Positions 7,807-16,927 of a stretch of DNA of 61,836 nt are shown piece after piece. The stretch's first letter is position 1. Each line of letters starts with the position of its first letter. The notes below the pieces were generated by a model. That model saw only the letters and a program-made list of their open reading frames with translations, did no database searches and was not told where the DNA came from. Both the position numbers and the translations under genes were made by a program. Origin of the DNA: an uncultured Bacilli bacterium (GTDB taxonomy: Bacteria > Bacillota_I > Bacilli_A > RF39 > UBA660); assembly GCA_947629325.1 (NCBI GenBank), contig CANRDE010000003.1:1-61836 (forward strand). Reading direction: 5' to 3'.

Positions 7807-8286
7807 ATGAAAAAAAAGATTAGTATTTTCACCATAATTTTTTTATTAGTAGATTTAATAACTAAGTACGTAGTAGAATCTAATTTAAAATTGTGGCAAA
7901 CTATTCCTATAATTAATAATTTTTTTGGTATTACTAAGGTTTATAATAATGGAGCTTCTTGGAATATTTTGGCAGGCCAACAATTTGTTCTTATTTTAAT
8001 TGCCATCATTATTTTAGCTTTTCTTTTTAAGTATCAACAAAAATTTATACTGAATAAGAGGAATGTTTTGACATTTAGTTTATTATATAGTGGAATATTA
8101 GGAAATTTACTTAATCGAATTTTTAATGGATATGTAATAGATTTTATCGATTTTAAAATATTTGGTTACGATTTTCCAGTGTTTAATTTTGCGGACATTT
8201 GGATTGTAGTAGGAATATTTTTATTGGTAATAGCAATACTTAAAAAGGAAGATGAATGTGGAAGTAGTAGTAAAAGAGACAAATAA
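7807..8286 (+). CDS. lspA: lipoprotein signal peptidase II
   Basis: Four TM segments with the NNGASWNIL and FNFADIWIVVG motifs. Confidence 0.9.
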   Translation: MKKKISIFTIIFLLVDLITKYVVESNLKLWQTIPIINNFFGITKVYNNGASWNILAGQQFVLILIAIIILAFLFKYQQKFILNKRNVLTFSLLYSGILGNLLNRIFNGYVIDFIDFKIFGYDFPVFNFADIWIVVGIFLLVIAILKKEDECGSSSKRDK

Positions 8287-9148
8287 TATTCGAATTGATA
8301 AATATTTGGCTCAAAACTTGGATTATAGTCGGGAAATGATTACCAAAATGTTAAAAGATGAATATATTTTGGTTAATAATAAAAAAATAAAGCCTAGTTA
8401 TTGTATTAAAGAAAATGATATTATAACGATTTTAGATAACTATAAAGTGGAGCAAGATATTGCCCCTGTCGAAATGGCTCTTAATATTGTTTATGAGGAT
8501 AATGATATTATGGTTATCAATAAACCGAGTGGTTTAGTCGTTCATCCGGGTAATGGTAATACCAATAATACATTAGTTAATGGCCTAAAATATTATACTG
8601 ATAATTTAAGTGATATCGGAGGAGAAGAAAGAGTTGGTATTGTTCATCGGTTAGATAAAGACACGTCTGGATTAATGTTAGTGGCAAAAACTAATAAAGC
8701 CCATGAGATTTTATCCGATGATTTTAAACATAAAAAAGTATACCGTGAATATTATGCTCTTTTAGTTGGCAGATTTCCTAGCGATACGGCTTATATAGAT
8801 GCTCCAATTGGGCGAAGTAAAAATAATTTTAATAAAATGGAAGTAACAGAAAAAGGAAAAATAGCCAAAACAAATTTGAAAGTACTAAAAAGATATAAAG
8901 ACTATACATTAGTTAGTTTAGTCTTAGAGACTGGAAGAACGCATCAAATTAGAGTTCATATGGCTTATATTGGCTATCCAGTTTACAATGATCCAGTTTA
9001 TGGCCAAAAAAAGGCAACTGAGTTTGGCCAATTTCTTCATTCTAAAGTTATTAAATTTACTCATCCCATTACCAAGAAACAAATGCAATTTGAATCTTCC
9101 TTACCTAATGAATTTCAACAATTTTTAGATAACTTAGATAAGAACTAA
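8252..9148 (+). CDS. rluD: 23S rRNA pseudouridine synthase, RluD family
   Basis: S4-like N-terminus (RIDKYLAQ) and catalytic HRLDKDTSGLMLVAK. It overlaps the lspA 3' end. GTG 8258 is an alternative start. Confidence 0.9.
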   Translation: MNVEVVVKETNNIRIDKYLAQNLDYSREMITKMLKDEYILVNNKKIKPSYCIKENDIITILDNYKVEQDIAPVEMALNIVYEDNDIMVINKPSGLVVHPGNGNTNNTLVNGLKYYTDNLSDIGGEERVGIVHRLDKDTSGLMLVAKTNKAHEILSDDFKHKKVYREYYALLVGRFPSDTAYIDAPIGRSKNNFNKMEVTEKGKIAKTNLKVLKRYKDYTLVSLVLETGRTHQIRVHMAYIGYPVYNDPVYGQKKATEFGQFLHSKVIKFTHPITKKQMQFESSLPNEFQQFLDNLDKN

Positions 9149-9454
9149 AATATTGCTAAAAACAAAGACGATAAAAACAAAATAAGGAAGACTTAAGATT
9201 TGATAATGACCTAGAATATATTTGATTTTTCTTATTAATAAAAAAGAAGCTATTACTAATGTTAAACTAATTAAAATACTATAAATTAAGTTATCCTTAT
9301 AACTAAAAATTATTGATAAGAGAAAAATTAAGATATAATTAGAACACAAGAGAAAAGTTAAATCATTATCTAATAAATCTTCCCAAATAATTTTACAAAT
9401 AGGAATAGTTATATATAATATTACGGCAATGTAAATAAGAAAAAATAAATTCAT
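9134..9454 (-). CDS. hypothetical small polytopic membrane protein
   Basis: 106-aa hydrophobic ORF filling an otherwise empty gap. SD GGGTGG lies 5 nt before the ATG on the minus strand. No family recognised. Confidence 0.45.
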   Translation of the reverse strand: MNLFFLIYIAVILYITIPICKIIWEDLLDNDLTFLLCSNYILIFLLSIIFSYKDNLIYSILISLTLVIASFLLIRKIKYILGHYQILSLPYFVFIVFVFSNILVLI

Positions 9455-9513
9455 AAATCCACCCTTTACTAATAATATGAAAAGGGATAAAATAATATTA
9501 CAAAGGAGTTTTC

Positions 9514-10656
9514 ATGACAATATTAAATAATAAAGATGAAATGATTATGACCCTAGTTCATTATTTTGTAACCGAGGAGAATTATACCCCTATAAATGTT
9601 CAAGGGGCTCGAAATGAGATATGGCTAGAAAATTTAGATGGGCCTTATAAAATAGTGCGGATAAATTCTAAATATATCCATAATAATGAGCAATTAGATA
9701 TGGACTTATTTAAAATGCACTTTGTAATAAAACAAATTAAGAAAAAGACCTTATCTTTTAAAATGAATGTTTTAAATATTTGTTTAGATATTGGCAATGC
9801 CGTCAATTTACAAGATAATGATAAATTAATAAATACAGTTAATATTAAAGATATTAATGATGTGAGAAAAAATAAAATAATCAGTAATTTTTTCCCTAAA
9901 ATAAAAACGAGTAGTTTAAAAAAGACCGATAATTTAGAAAAAGTAATTAATGTAACCGAGGATATTAATCGGAAAACGGAAAAAGAAAATAGTAAGTATG
10001 AAGAAATTTTTAGACCTAAAAAAATAGTAGTTACTAAAATTATTATGTTAATTTGTATAATTATGTATATTATTTCTTTATTTATAAGTAATAATTTTAG
10101 TGAAGCTTTAATTATATTAGGAGCTAATCAAAAAAATTTAGTGTTAAAAGGGGAAATATATCGTTTAATAACTTGTGCCTTTTTACATGGTAGCCTTATT
10201 CATCTCCTTGTTAACATGTATTCATTATGGATAATTGGCTCTCAAGTTGAAACTTATGTAGGTAAAATCAAATTTCTTATAATTTATTTATTAAGTGCTA
10301 TTATGGGAAGTACTTTTAGTCTTATTTTTATTGGTAATTCCATCTCAATTGGAGCTAGTGGAGCCATTTTTGGCTTAATGGGTTGTCTTCTTTATTTTGG
10401 CTATCATTATCGCCTATATTTATCTAGTGCTTTGACAAACCAAATAATTCCGATTATAGTTTTAAATTTGGTTTTTGGGTTTATGATGACCGGAATAGAT
10501 AATGCCGCTCATATTGGCGGTCTAATCGGGGGCTATTTAAGTACCATGATTGTCGGCTTAAAATATAAAAGTGGTAAATCTGAAGCTATAAATGGGTTAA
10601 TTGTCTATATTCTGTTAATCGCCTTTTTAGCTTATGCTTTAATTAAGCTAGTGTAG
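9514..10656 (+). CDS. rhomboid-family intramembrane serine protease with a cytoplasmic N-terminal domain
   Basis: HLLVNMYSLW, GASGAIFGLMG (catalytic Ser) and AAHIGGLIGG (catalytic His). Confidence 0.85.
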   Translation: MTILNNKDEMIMTLVHYFVTEENYTPINVQGARNEIWLENLDGPYKIVRINSKYIHNNEQLDMDLFKMHFVIKQIKKKTLSFKMNVLNICLDIGNAVNLQDNDKLINTVNIKDINDVRKNKIISNFFPKIKTSSLKKTDNLEKVINVTEDINRKTEKENSKYEEIFRPKKIVVTKIIMLICIIMYIISLFISNNFSEALIILGANQKNLVLKGEIYRLITCAFLHGSLIHLLVNMYSLWIIGSQVETYVGKIKFLIIYLLSAIMGSTFSLIFIGNSISIGASGAIFGLMGCLLYFGYHYRLYLSSALTNQIIPIIVLNLVFGFMMTGIDNAAHIGGLIGGYLSTMIVGLKYKSGKSEAINGLIVYILLIAFLAYALIKLV

Positions 10657-10834
10657 ATGCCCTAACATTTTTTGAAATTTCGCATATTATATCAGTGAAG
10701 GGGATTATAAAATATTTATTAAAAATGTTTGAAATATGGTTGTTTACACTTTGCGTTTTTAATAATACTAATCCACTTTAATACCTCCTTTTGTACGCAG
10801 TTTAAGTTCAAATTTCTTATTAAAATGTTCCAAT

Positions 10835-10860
10835 AAAACCATTTCTTAGGAAATGGTTTT
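10835..10860. terminator. bidirectional terminator between the convergent rhomboid and DUF368 genes
   Basis: 11-bp stem AAAACCATTTC (10835-10845) / GAAATGGTTTT (10850-10860) with T/A runs on both sides. Confidence 0.6.
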
Positions 10861-11647
10861 ATTTACTTAAATTATAAGAAATTAAGAAAGCTAAAAAGGT
10901 AATTAATAAACTGGATATTTTAAAAACTCCAGGATAAATAAATAGAATAGAAGATATAACAAAACCAATAATTGCACTATAGGTAGAGCGAAAATGATTT
11001 TCTAGTAAATAATTAATAATTTTGATGATAATGATAGCACTTAATATAAAGGATATAATAAAAGGAATAAAATTTAAAAAAACAGGCCAGGTTAGGCTGA
11101 ATGGATTGGCCAAATAATTTAGAAAATATTTATATACTCCTAAAAGCATTAGTAAAGCAGCGCCACTTATTCCGGGAACGATTTTACCTATAGAATAGAA
11201 AATTCCTGCTAAAATCATTGTTAAAGGGGTAGGGCTTACATTATAATCTAATGTTTCTTTTTCAATAAAGAAGAGAGCTAAACCTAAGGAAAAGGAAATT
11301 AAGAAAATTATTATAGAAAAATTTTTATCAGTTTTATATTTTATTTCTTTAAAAAGGTAAGGGAGACATCCTATGATTAATCCAATAAAAACGTAAGAAA
11401 TAAATTCTAATTTTTCTTCTAAAAGAAATAATATTATTTTGCTAAATAATAAAATACTTATAATTATTCCCCCAAAAAGAGGAATTAAAAATTTAAGGTT
11501 ATTTTTTACATCTTTTTTAAAATGGATTAATTTAGATAAGGTTTTATCGTAAATACCTAAAATAGTTGCAATAACTCCCCCTGATACTCCAGGGATAATA
11601 AAACCCGTGCCAATCAATATTCCATATAATATATTATGCCAAATCAT
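10859..11647 (-). CDS. DUF368-family membrane protein (putative undecaprenyl-phosphate translocase, PopT-like)
   Basis: Polytopic protein with PGVSGGVIATILGIYD and a repeated PGISGAALLMLLGVY motif typical of DUF368. The ORF is open to GTG 11656, with ATG at 11647. Confidence 0.78.
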   Translation of the reverse strand: MIWHNILYGILIGTGFIIPGVSGGVIATILGIYDKTLSKLIHFKKDVKNNLKFLIPLFGGIIISILLFSKIILFLLEEKLEFISYVFIGLIIGCLPYLFKEIKYKTDKNFSIIIFLISFSLGLALFFIEKETLDYNVSPTPLTMILAGIFYSIGKIVPGISGAALLMLLGVYKYFLNYLANPFSLTWPVFLNFIPFIISFILSAIIIIKIINYLLENHFRSTYSAIIGFVISSILFIYPGVFKISSLLITFLAFLISYNLSK

Positions 11648-11711
11648 GTCAATCACTATTTAATAATATGAATTAAAGTTTTTTGTATGTTATACTTTAT
11701 ATGTGATTGTA

Positions 11712-12296
11712 ATGAAAAAAATAAAAATTTTCCTATTAATCATTTTAATAGGAATCTTATTAATATTAGGAATTAATGCTATTATAATTTTTAATACTAA
11801 AAATAAAATATATTCTAAAGATGATATAAATGAGACTTATGATTATGCTTTGGTTTTAGGATGCGGAGTTAAAAAGAACGGAGAGCCTAGTAAAATGCTT
11901 AAAGATAGATTAAATATGGCAATTAATCTATTTGAAAGTAAAAAAATAAATAATATTATAATTAGTGGTGATCACAAAGATACTTATAGTGAAGTAGAGG
12001 TGATGGAACAATATTTAATTAATAATGGAATTGCTAAAATTAATATTATTAGAGATGATTTGGGCTTTTCTACTTCTGAAAGCATTAAAAATTATAGTGA
12101 GCATTATAAAGAAAACAGTGTAATAATTATTTCTCAAAAATATCATTTATATAGAGCTTTATTTATGGCGCAAAGATTAAATATTAAAGCCGTGGGAGTA
12201 CATGCCGAATTAATAAATTATGGAGGGCAATTTCTAAGAGAAATAAGAGAAATCTTAGCTAGAACCAAAGATTATATAAAAAGTTATTTTTTTTAA
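11712..12296 (+). CDS. sanA: SanA/YdcF (DUF218) family envelope protein
   Basis: N-terminal TM segment, then YALVLGCGVKKNGEPSKMLKDRLNMAINLF...IISGDH. ATG 11712 lies within the ORF that opens at GTG 11703. Confidence 0.75.
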   Translation: MKKIKIFLLIILIGILLILGINAIIIFNTKNKIYSKDDINETYDYALVLGCGVKKNGEPSKMLKDRLNMAINLFESKKINNIIISGDHKDTYSEVEVMEQYLINNGIAKINIIRDDLGFSTSESIKNYSEHYKENSVIIISQKYHLYRALFMAQRLNIKAVGVHAELINYGGQFLREIREILARTKDYIKSYFF

Positions 12297-12330
12297 CCAA
12301 TAATTGGAATAAACCAATTATTGGTTTTTT
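12297..12330 (+). terminator. intrinsic terminator after sanA
   Basis: 11-bp perfect stem CCAATAATTGG / CCAATTATTGG followed by 6 T. Confidence 0.7.
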
Positions 12331-12372
12331 AATATAAAAATATTGGGCCAAAATAATAATGCTGGTGATATT

Positions 12373-13350
12373 ATGAAGAATGTAAAAAAAATATTTTTAA
12401 TTTTAAGTATATTATTAATGCCCCTAAATGTATGGGCCTATTCTGATTACATATATCGAGGTGGTAATACTTTAGGTATTGAAATGGAATGTGATGGCAT
12501 TTTAATTGTAGGATTTTATCAAATTAATGGTTCTTATAATAAGGGTAATCCCAATCTAAAAGTAGGAGATTATATAAAAAAAGTAGAAAATGTAGAAGTA
12601 AATAGTTTAGAAGAATTAACAAATGAAATTGAAAAATATACGGAAGTAGGTAAAGTAAATCTTATTTATAAACGGGATAAGAAAGAGTATAAAACAACTT
12701 TGGATTTAGTTAATGAAAAGGGAATTTATAAAACTGGATTATATGTTAAAGATAATATAACAGGAATTGGAACTCTTACTTATATTGATCCAGAAACAAA
12801 AATTTATGGGGCTTTGGGACACGAAGTTATTGAAAGTAATAGTAAAAAATTAGTAGAAATTAAAAGGGGAAATATTTTTAAAAATTCTATAGTGTCAATT
12901 GAAAAATCAAGAATTGGCTATGCGGGAAGTAAAAATGCTAAGTATTTTTATAATACTTTATATGGAAGTATTTATAAGAATACTAATCATGGTATTTTTG
13001 GTAAATATAATAGTGGGTTAAATAACTTAGAATTAGTAGAAGTCGGTCAAAAAGAAGATGTTAAAATAGGAGATGCTTATATATATACGGTTTTAGAAGG
13101 GGAAAAAGTAGAAGAATTTAAAATAAATATAACGAAAATAAATGAAACCAGTGATACTAAAAATTTGACCTTTGAAATTGTAGATGAAGATTTAATTAAT
13201 CGAACTGGTGGTGTCATTCAAGGGATGAGCGGTTCTCCTATTATGCAAAATAATAAAATAATTGGCGTGGTAACTCATGTTATAGTAGATAATCCTGTAA
13301 CAGGTTATGGTTTGTTTATAACTACAATGTTGGAAGAAGGCGAAAAATAA
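12373..13350 (+). CDS. spoIVB: stage IV sporulation signalling serine peptidase SpoIVB (S55)
   Basis: Signal/TM segment, a PDZ-like segment (LKVGDYIKKVENVEVNS), GALGHEV and QGMSGSPIMQNNKIIGVVTHV. ATG 12373 lies within the ORF that opens at 12343. Confidence 0.85.
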   Translation: MKNVKKIFLILSILLMPLNVWAYSDYIYRGGNTLGIEMECDGILIVGFYQINGSYNKGNPNLKVGDYIKKVENVEVNSLEELTNEIEKYTEVGKVNLIYKRDKKEYKTTLDLVNEKGIYKTGLYVKDNITGIGTLTYIDPETKIYGALGHEVIESNSKKLVEIKRGNIFKNSIVSIEKSRIGYAGSKNAKYFYNTLYGSIYKNTNHGIFGKYNSGLNNLELVEVGQKEDVKIGDAYIYTVLEGEKVEEFKINITKINETSDTKNLTFEIVDEDLINRTGGVIQGMSGSPIMQNNKIIGVVTHVIVDNPVTGYGLFITTMLEEGEK

Positions 13351-13373
13351 AAAGGCTTTTCAAAAGCCTTTTT
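13351..13373. terminator. bidirectional terminator between spoIVB and the pilB-like gene
   Basis: Palindrome AAAGGCTTTT c AAAAGCCTTT flanked by A- and T-runs. Confidence 0.6.
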
Positions 13374-14697
13374 ATAATGTCTCTATTTTTGTTTGTTTTA
13401 TAAAAGGATTAGTATAATTATTTTCTGGATTAGTATTAGAGCTAGCATCATTTGCCTCGGAATTTTTACCAATTATGGCATCTTTAATATTTTTATCATC
13501 AAGGCCAAAATCGTCATTAACATCAATAACCCTTAAAATTTCATCCATTGAAGTTTGACCTTCAACTATTTTTAATAATCCATCTTTTAATAAAGGATTA
13601 GAATTAGATCCATATACAAGTTTTCTTAATTCTTCTTTTCTTACATTATTAACGATGGCATCTTTAATATCTTGATTTATTTCTAGTACCTCATGAATTG
13701 CAGTTCTTCCTTTATAGCCATTTAAACAATCATCACATCCTACCGGAGTGTATATTTCCTCCACATCCATATTTAAAATCATTTTAAAGAGATTTTTTTC
13801 ATAATTATTTGTTGGCCTTGAGCTCCGACATTTTGGACATAATTTTTTTACTAATCTTTGGGAAATTATGCCCGATAAAGCACTGCCTAATAAATATCTT
13901 TCAACATCCATATCTAATAATCTTTCAATAGTATTTAAAGAGTTGTTGGTATGAATAGTAGATAAAACTAAATGACCAGTAATGGCGGCTCTAACAGCAA
14001 TCCGAGCAGTTTCATCATCTCTAATTTCACCAATCATAATTATATCAGGGTCTTGTCTTAAAATACTTCGTAAAGTATTGCTAAAGGTTAAACCAATTTC
14101 GCTCATAACTTGAACTTGATTAATGCCAGCAATTTTCATTTCAACGGGATCTTCTACAGTAATTATATTGCGTTCTGTTGTGTTTAAAACTTGCAACATG
14201 GAATAAACGGTTGTTGATTTACCTGAACCAGTAGCACCGGTAACTAAAATAATTCCATTGGGTTTCTTTATAAGTTCATTTATTTTGCTATAATTTTCTT
14301 TGGAAAGGCCAATGGAATCTAATCCATTTAGACTCATGCGATAATCAAGAATACGTATAACAATTTTTTCCCCATCTACAAGAGGTAAACTAGAGACCCG
14401 CAAATCAACATCTAAATTTTCAATTAAACCTTTGATAGCACCATCTTGAGGTAATCTAGTTTCAGTTATGTTCATTCCAGATATTATTTTAATTCGGGTT
14501 ATTAGATTTTTTTTAACGGTTGTAGGAACTTTAGCGTAATCTAAAAGAGAACCATCAATTCTGATTCTAACGATTAAATCAGTTTCAGTAGGGTCGAAAT
14601 GAATATCTGATCCACCACTTTTAACTGCGTCAATAATCATATCATTAACAATATCTACAATCGGTTTATTGTCATAATCGAATTCTCTAAACACCAA
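13372..14697 (-). CDS. type II/IV secretion-family assembly ATPase (PilB/GspE/ComGA-like)
   Basis: Walker A GATGSGKST, Walker B DPDIIMIGEIRD, His box GHLVLSTIHTN, and a tetracysteine motif CPKC...CDDC. It has no long N1 domain. The Asn/Ser-rich C-terminal tail is about 50 aa. Confidence 0.88.
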   Translation of the reverse strand: MVFREFDYDNKPIVDIVNDMIIDAVKSGGSDIHFDPTETDLIVRIRIDGSLLDYAKVPTTVKKNLITRIKIISGMNITETRLPQDGAIKGLIENLDVDLRVSSLPLVDGEKIVIRILDYRMSLNGLDSIGLSKENYSKINELIKKPNGIILVTGATGSGKSTTVYSMLQVLNTTERNIITVEDPVEMKIAGINQVQVMSEIGLTFSNTLRSILRQDPDIIMIGEIRDDETARIAVRAAITGHLVLSTIHTNNSLNTIERLLDMDVERYLLGSALSGIISQRLVKKLCPKCRSSRPTNNYEKNLFKMILNMDVEEIYTPVGCDDCLNGYKGRTAIHEVLEINQDIKDAIVNNVRKEELRKLVYGSNSNPLLKDGLLKIVEGQTSMDEILRVIDVNDDFGLDDKNIKDAIIGKNSEANDASSNTNPENNYTNPFIKQTKIETL

Positions 14698-14786
14698 GTA
14701 TCACCGTTAACCCTTTATCTAAAATTAATTATACAATACTATCCTAAATTATACAACTAAATAAATTTAAATTTAGTAGCAGTTTA

Positions 14787-14815
14787 TTTACATCCTAATT
14801 GGTTTTTGTTAAAAT
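14787..14815 (+). promoter_or_regulatory. sigmaA-type promoter of the rnfC/D-like pair
   Basis: TTTACA (14787-14792), 17-nt spacer, TAAAAT (14810-14815). Confidence 0.5.
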
Positions 14816-14839
14816 AAAAATGGGATTGGGATGATTTAA

Positions 14840-15979
14840 ATGTTAAAACTAATTAAACTTGAAGAAAATCCTAATGTTTTAATCGTTAATCGAATAAATA
14901 ATTATGAAGACCCCAAGGAAATTTATATTCCTATTATAAATAAACAAACATTTAAATTGAATGATTATGTTTTCAAAAATACTTATTTTGGCAATTTTAT
15001 TTCTTCTATTTCCGGAACGATTTCTGGTAGCAAAAAAATTTTATTTAAAAACAATTATATTTCAGCTCTTAAAATAACTAATGATTTTAAAGAAAATATT
15101 AAAGTTAAAACAAGGAAAAAAGAAATTAATAATATAGAAGAATTAAAAATAACATTAAAAAAATATTTTTTAAATGATATATATGCTAAATTGGATATTA
15201 ATAAAATAAAAAATTTAGTAATTACTTCTGTGGATGAAGAAATATATTCTCTCAATGAGTTTATAATTTTAACAAATTATTATAATGAAATTTTGGAGAC
15301 AATAGAACGTTTATTAAATATTTTAGGTTTAAAAAAGGGCGTTTTAGCAATCAAAAATACTAATGTTAGCAGTATTAAAAATGTTAAATCTATCCTTGGT
15401 ACTTATCCAAAAATAGAACTAAATCTACTTCCTGATAAATATTTAATAAGTAATAAGATTTTTTTAAGCAAATTCTTAAATTTAGATATAGAAAATACTG
15501 TATATTTATCTTCTCAAGATATTTATAATATTTATTTAAGCTGTTTTAAAGGCAAAAATATTGATGAAAAAATAATAACAATTAGTGGCGACGCGATTGA
15601 AAAATCTTTAATTATCAATACTAAATTAGGAGTTTGGGGCAAAGAATTAGTTAAAAAATTTATTAAAATTATTGATAATGATTATGAAATATTTATCAAC
15701 GGTTATTTAAATGGTGTGAAGGTTCAAAAGCTAGAAGATATTATTATCACTCCTGATATTGATACAATTATTATTAATAAAAAAAGTAAAGAACTTGCTA
15801 CCACTTGTATTAATTGTGGGGCTTGTTTAAAAATATGCCCAGTTGATATCAATGTTCAAAAATGTTTTTTAAAACAACTAAGTCATAAAAAGTGTATAGG
15901 TTGTGGCTTATGTAACTATGTTTGCCCCGCTAAATTACCTTTGAAAGAAACTGTAAAGAGGGAAGAAAATGAAAGTTAA
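14840..15979 (+). CDS. RnfC-like protein with an intact 2x[4Fe-4S] ferredoxin domain and degenerate nucleotide-binding motifs
   Basis: C-terminal CINCGACLKICP and CIGCGLCNYVCP. The upstream region is colinear with the RnfC 51K and SLBB regions (ITSVDEEIYSLNEF versus the remembered NgaECEPY; VLAIKNTN; ITISGDAIEKSL), but the conserved Cys and YPxG residues are replaced. Confidence 0.6.
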   Translation: MLKLIKLEENPNVLIVNRINNYEDPKEIYIPIINKQTFKLNDYVFKNTYFGNFISSISGTISGSKKILFKNNYISALKITNDFKENIKVKTRKKEINNIEELKITLKKYFLNDIYAKLDINKIKNLVITSVDEEIYSLNEFIILTNYYNEILETIERLLNILGLKKGVLAIKNTNVSSIKNVKSILGTYPKIELNLLPDKYLISNKIFLSKFLNLDIENTVYLSSQDIYNIYLSCFKGKNIDEKIITISGDAIEKSLIINTKLGVWGKELVKKFIKIIDNDYEIFINGYLNGVKVQKLEDIIITPDIDTIIINKKSKELATTCINCGACLKICPVDINVQKCFLKQLSHKKCIGCGLCNYVCPAKLPLKETVKREENES

Positions 15980-16823
15980 AAGTGTTAAAAAATTAGTATT
16001 AGAAAATATCTTTTTATTAGTTCCTTTAATTATTTATGGAATTTATAAAAATGGATATTTGATTTATGAAAAAGGATATATCAGTTTAGTAAATATTTTT
16101 AAACCTCTATTTTTAGTGATAATAGCTCTAATTATTAAATTAATTATTGATTTGGTAAAATATAAAAAAATAAATATAGATTATAATTTAGTTTATGCAA
16201 TTTTAATTGCCATGATAATGCCTTATAATGTTAATTGGCTAGTTTTTATTATAGGTTTTACTATTTCCTATTTACTTTCTTTATTTTTAGAAAAATATTT
16301 TAAATTTAATAAAGTTTGCTTTATTTATCTAATTATTATCTTGATAAATGGGCTATTAAATGAATTTTCTTTTGCAAATATTTTAGAGGCTAAATATAAT
16401 TATAGTTTTTCTTTTTGGGATTTATTAATAGGAAGAAATATTGGTGGTATCTCATCTTCCAGTATCTTTTTTAGCCTCTTAGCTTATATTATTTTATGTT
16501 ATAATTTTTATTACAAAAAAGATATTCCTTTATTTATAAATATATCTTATCTTTTACTCGCCATTATCTATTTTATTTTTACTCATAATAATAATTTCCT
16601 TTTAAATAGTGAGTTGATTTTTGGCAGTATTTTTGTGGCTTCATTACCAGAATTTAGTCCCGTTAAGCGTAATAAAATTATTTTTTATAGTATAGTAATT
16701 GGAATTATTTCTTTTGGATTGACCATTTTCATAAGTTCTCCTATAAGCATTTATCTTGCGATTTTTATTGTTTCATTATTTTTAAATATTAGATTAGACA
16801 AAAAACAACAAAATAAATCTTGA
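15969..16823 (+). CDS. RnfD/NqrB-like polytopic membrane protein, degenerate
   Basis: Overlaps the RnfC-like gene by 11 nt. GRNIGGISSSSIFFSLLAYIIL and FVASLPEFSPVKRNKIIFYSIVIG parallel the RnfD G-GE-S and TDPxTSP blocks. I see no SGAT-type FMN-attachment motif. Confidence 0.5.
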   Translation: MKVKSVKKLVLENIFLLVPLIIYGIYKNGYLIYEKGYISLVNIFKPLFLVIIALIIKLIIDLVKYKKINIDYNLVYAILIAMIMPYNVNWLVFIIGFTISYLLSLFLEKYFKFNKVCFIYLIIILINGLLNEFSFANILEAKYNYSFSFWDLLIGRNIGGISSSSIFFSLLAYIILCYNFYYKKDIPLFINISYLLLAIIYFIFTHNNNFLLNSELIFGSIFVASLPEFSPVKRNKIIFYSIVIGIISFGLTIFISSPISIYLAIFIVSLFLNIRLDKKQQNKS

Positions 16824-16857
16824 AATTAAGTAAAAAAATATGTTAGAGTGTTTTTAA

Positions 16858-16911
16858 CACAGGAAAAATTAAAAGGTAACAAGAAATCTTTAATTTTTCT
16901 TGTGTTTTTTT
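16858..16911 (+). terminator. strong intrinsic terminator after the rnfD-like gene
   Basis: 16-bp stem CACAGGAAAAATTAAA (16858-16873) / TTTAATTTTTCTTGTG (16889-16904) with one G-U pair, then 7 T. Confidence 0.7.
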
Positions 16912-16927
16912 ATGGAAAGGATTTTTA

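Noticed and set aside
10728-10784. 18-aa plus-strand ORF MFEIWLFTLCVFNNTNPL in the rhomboid/DUF368 gap.
   Set aside because: No SD lies within range (the nearest purine-rich run is about 20 nt upstream). There is no supporting context.
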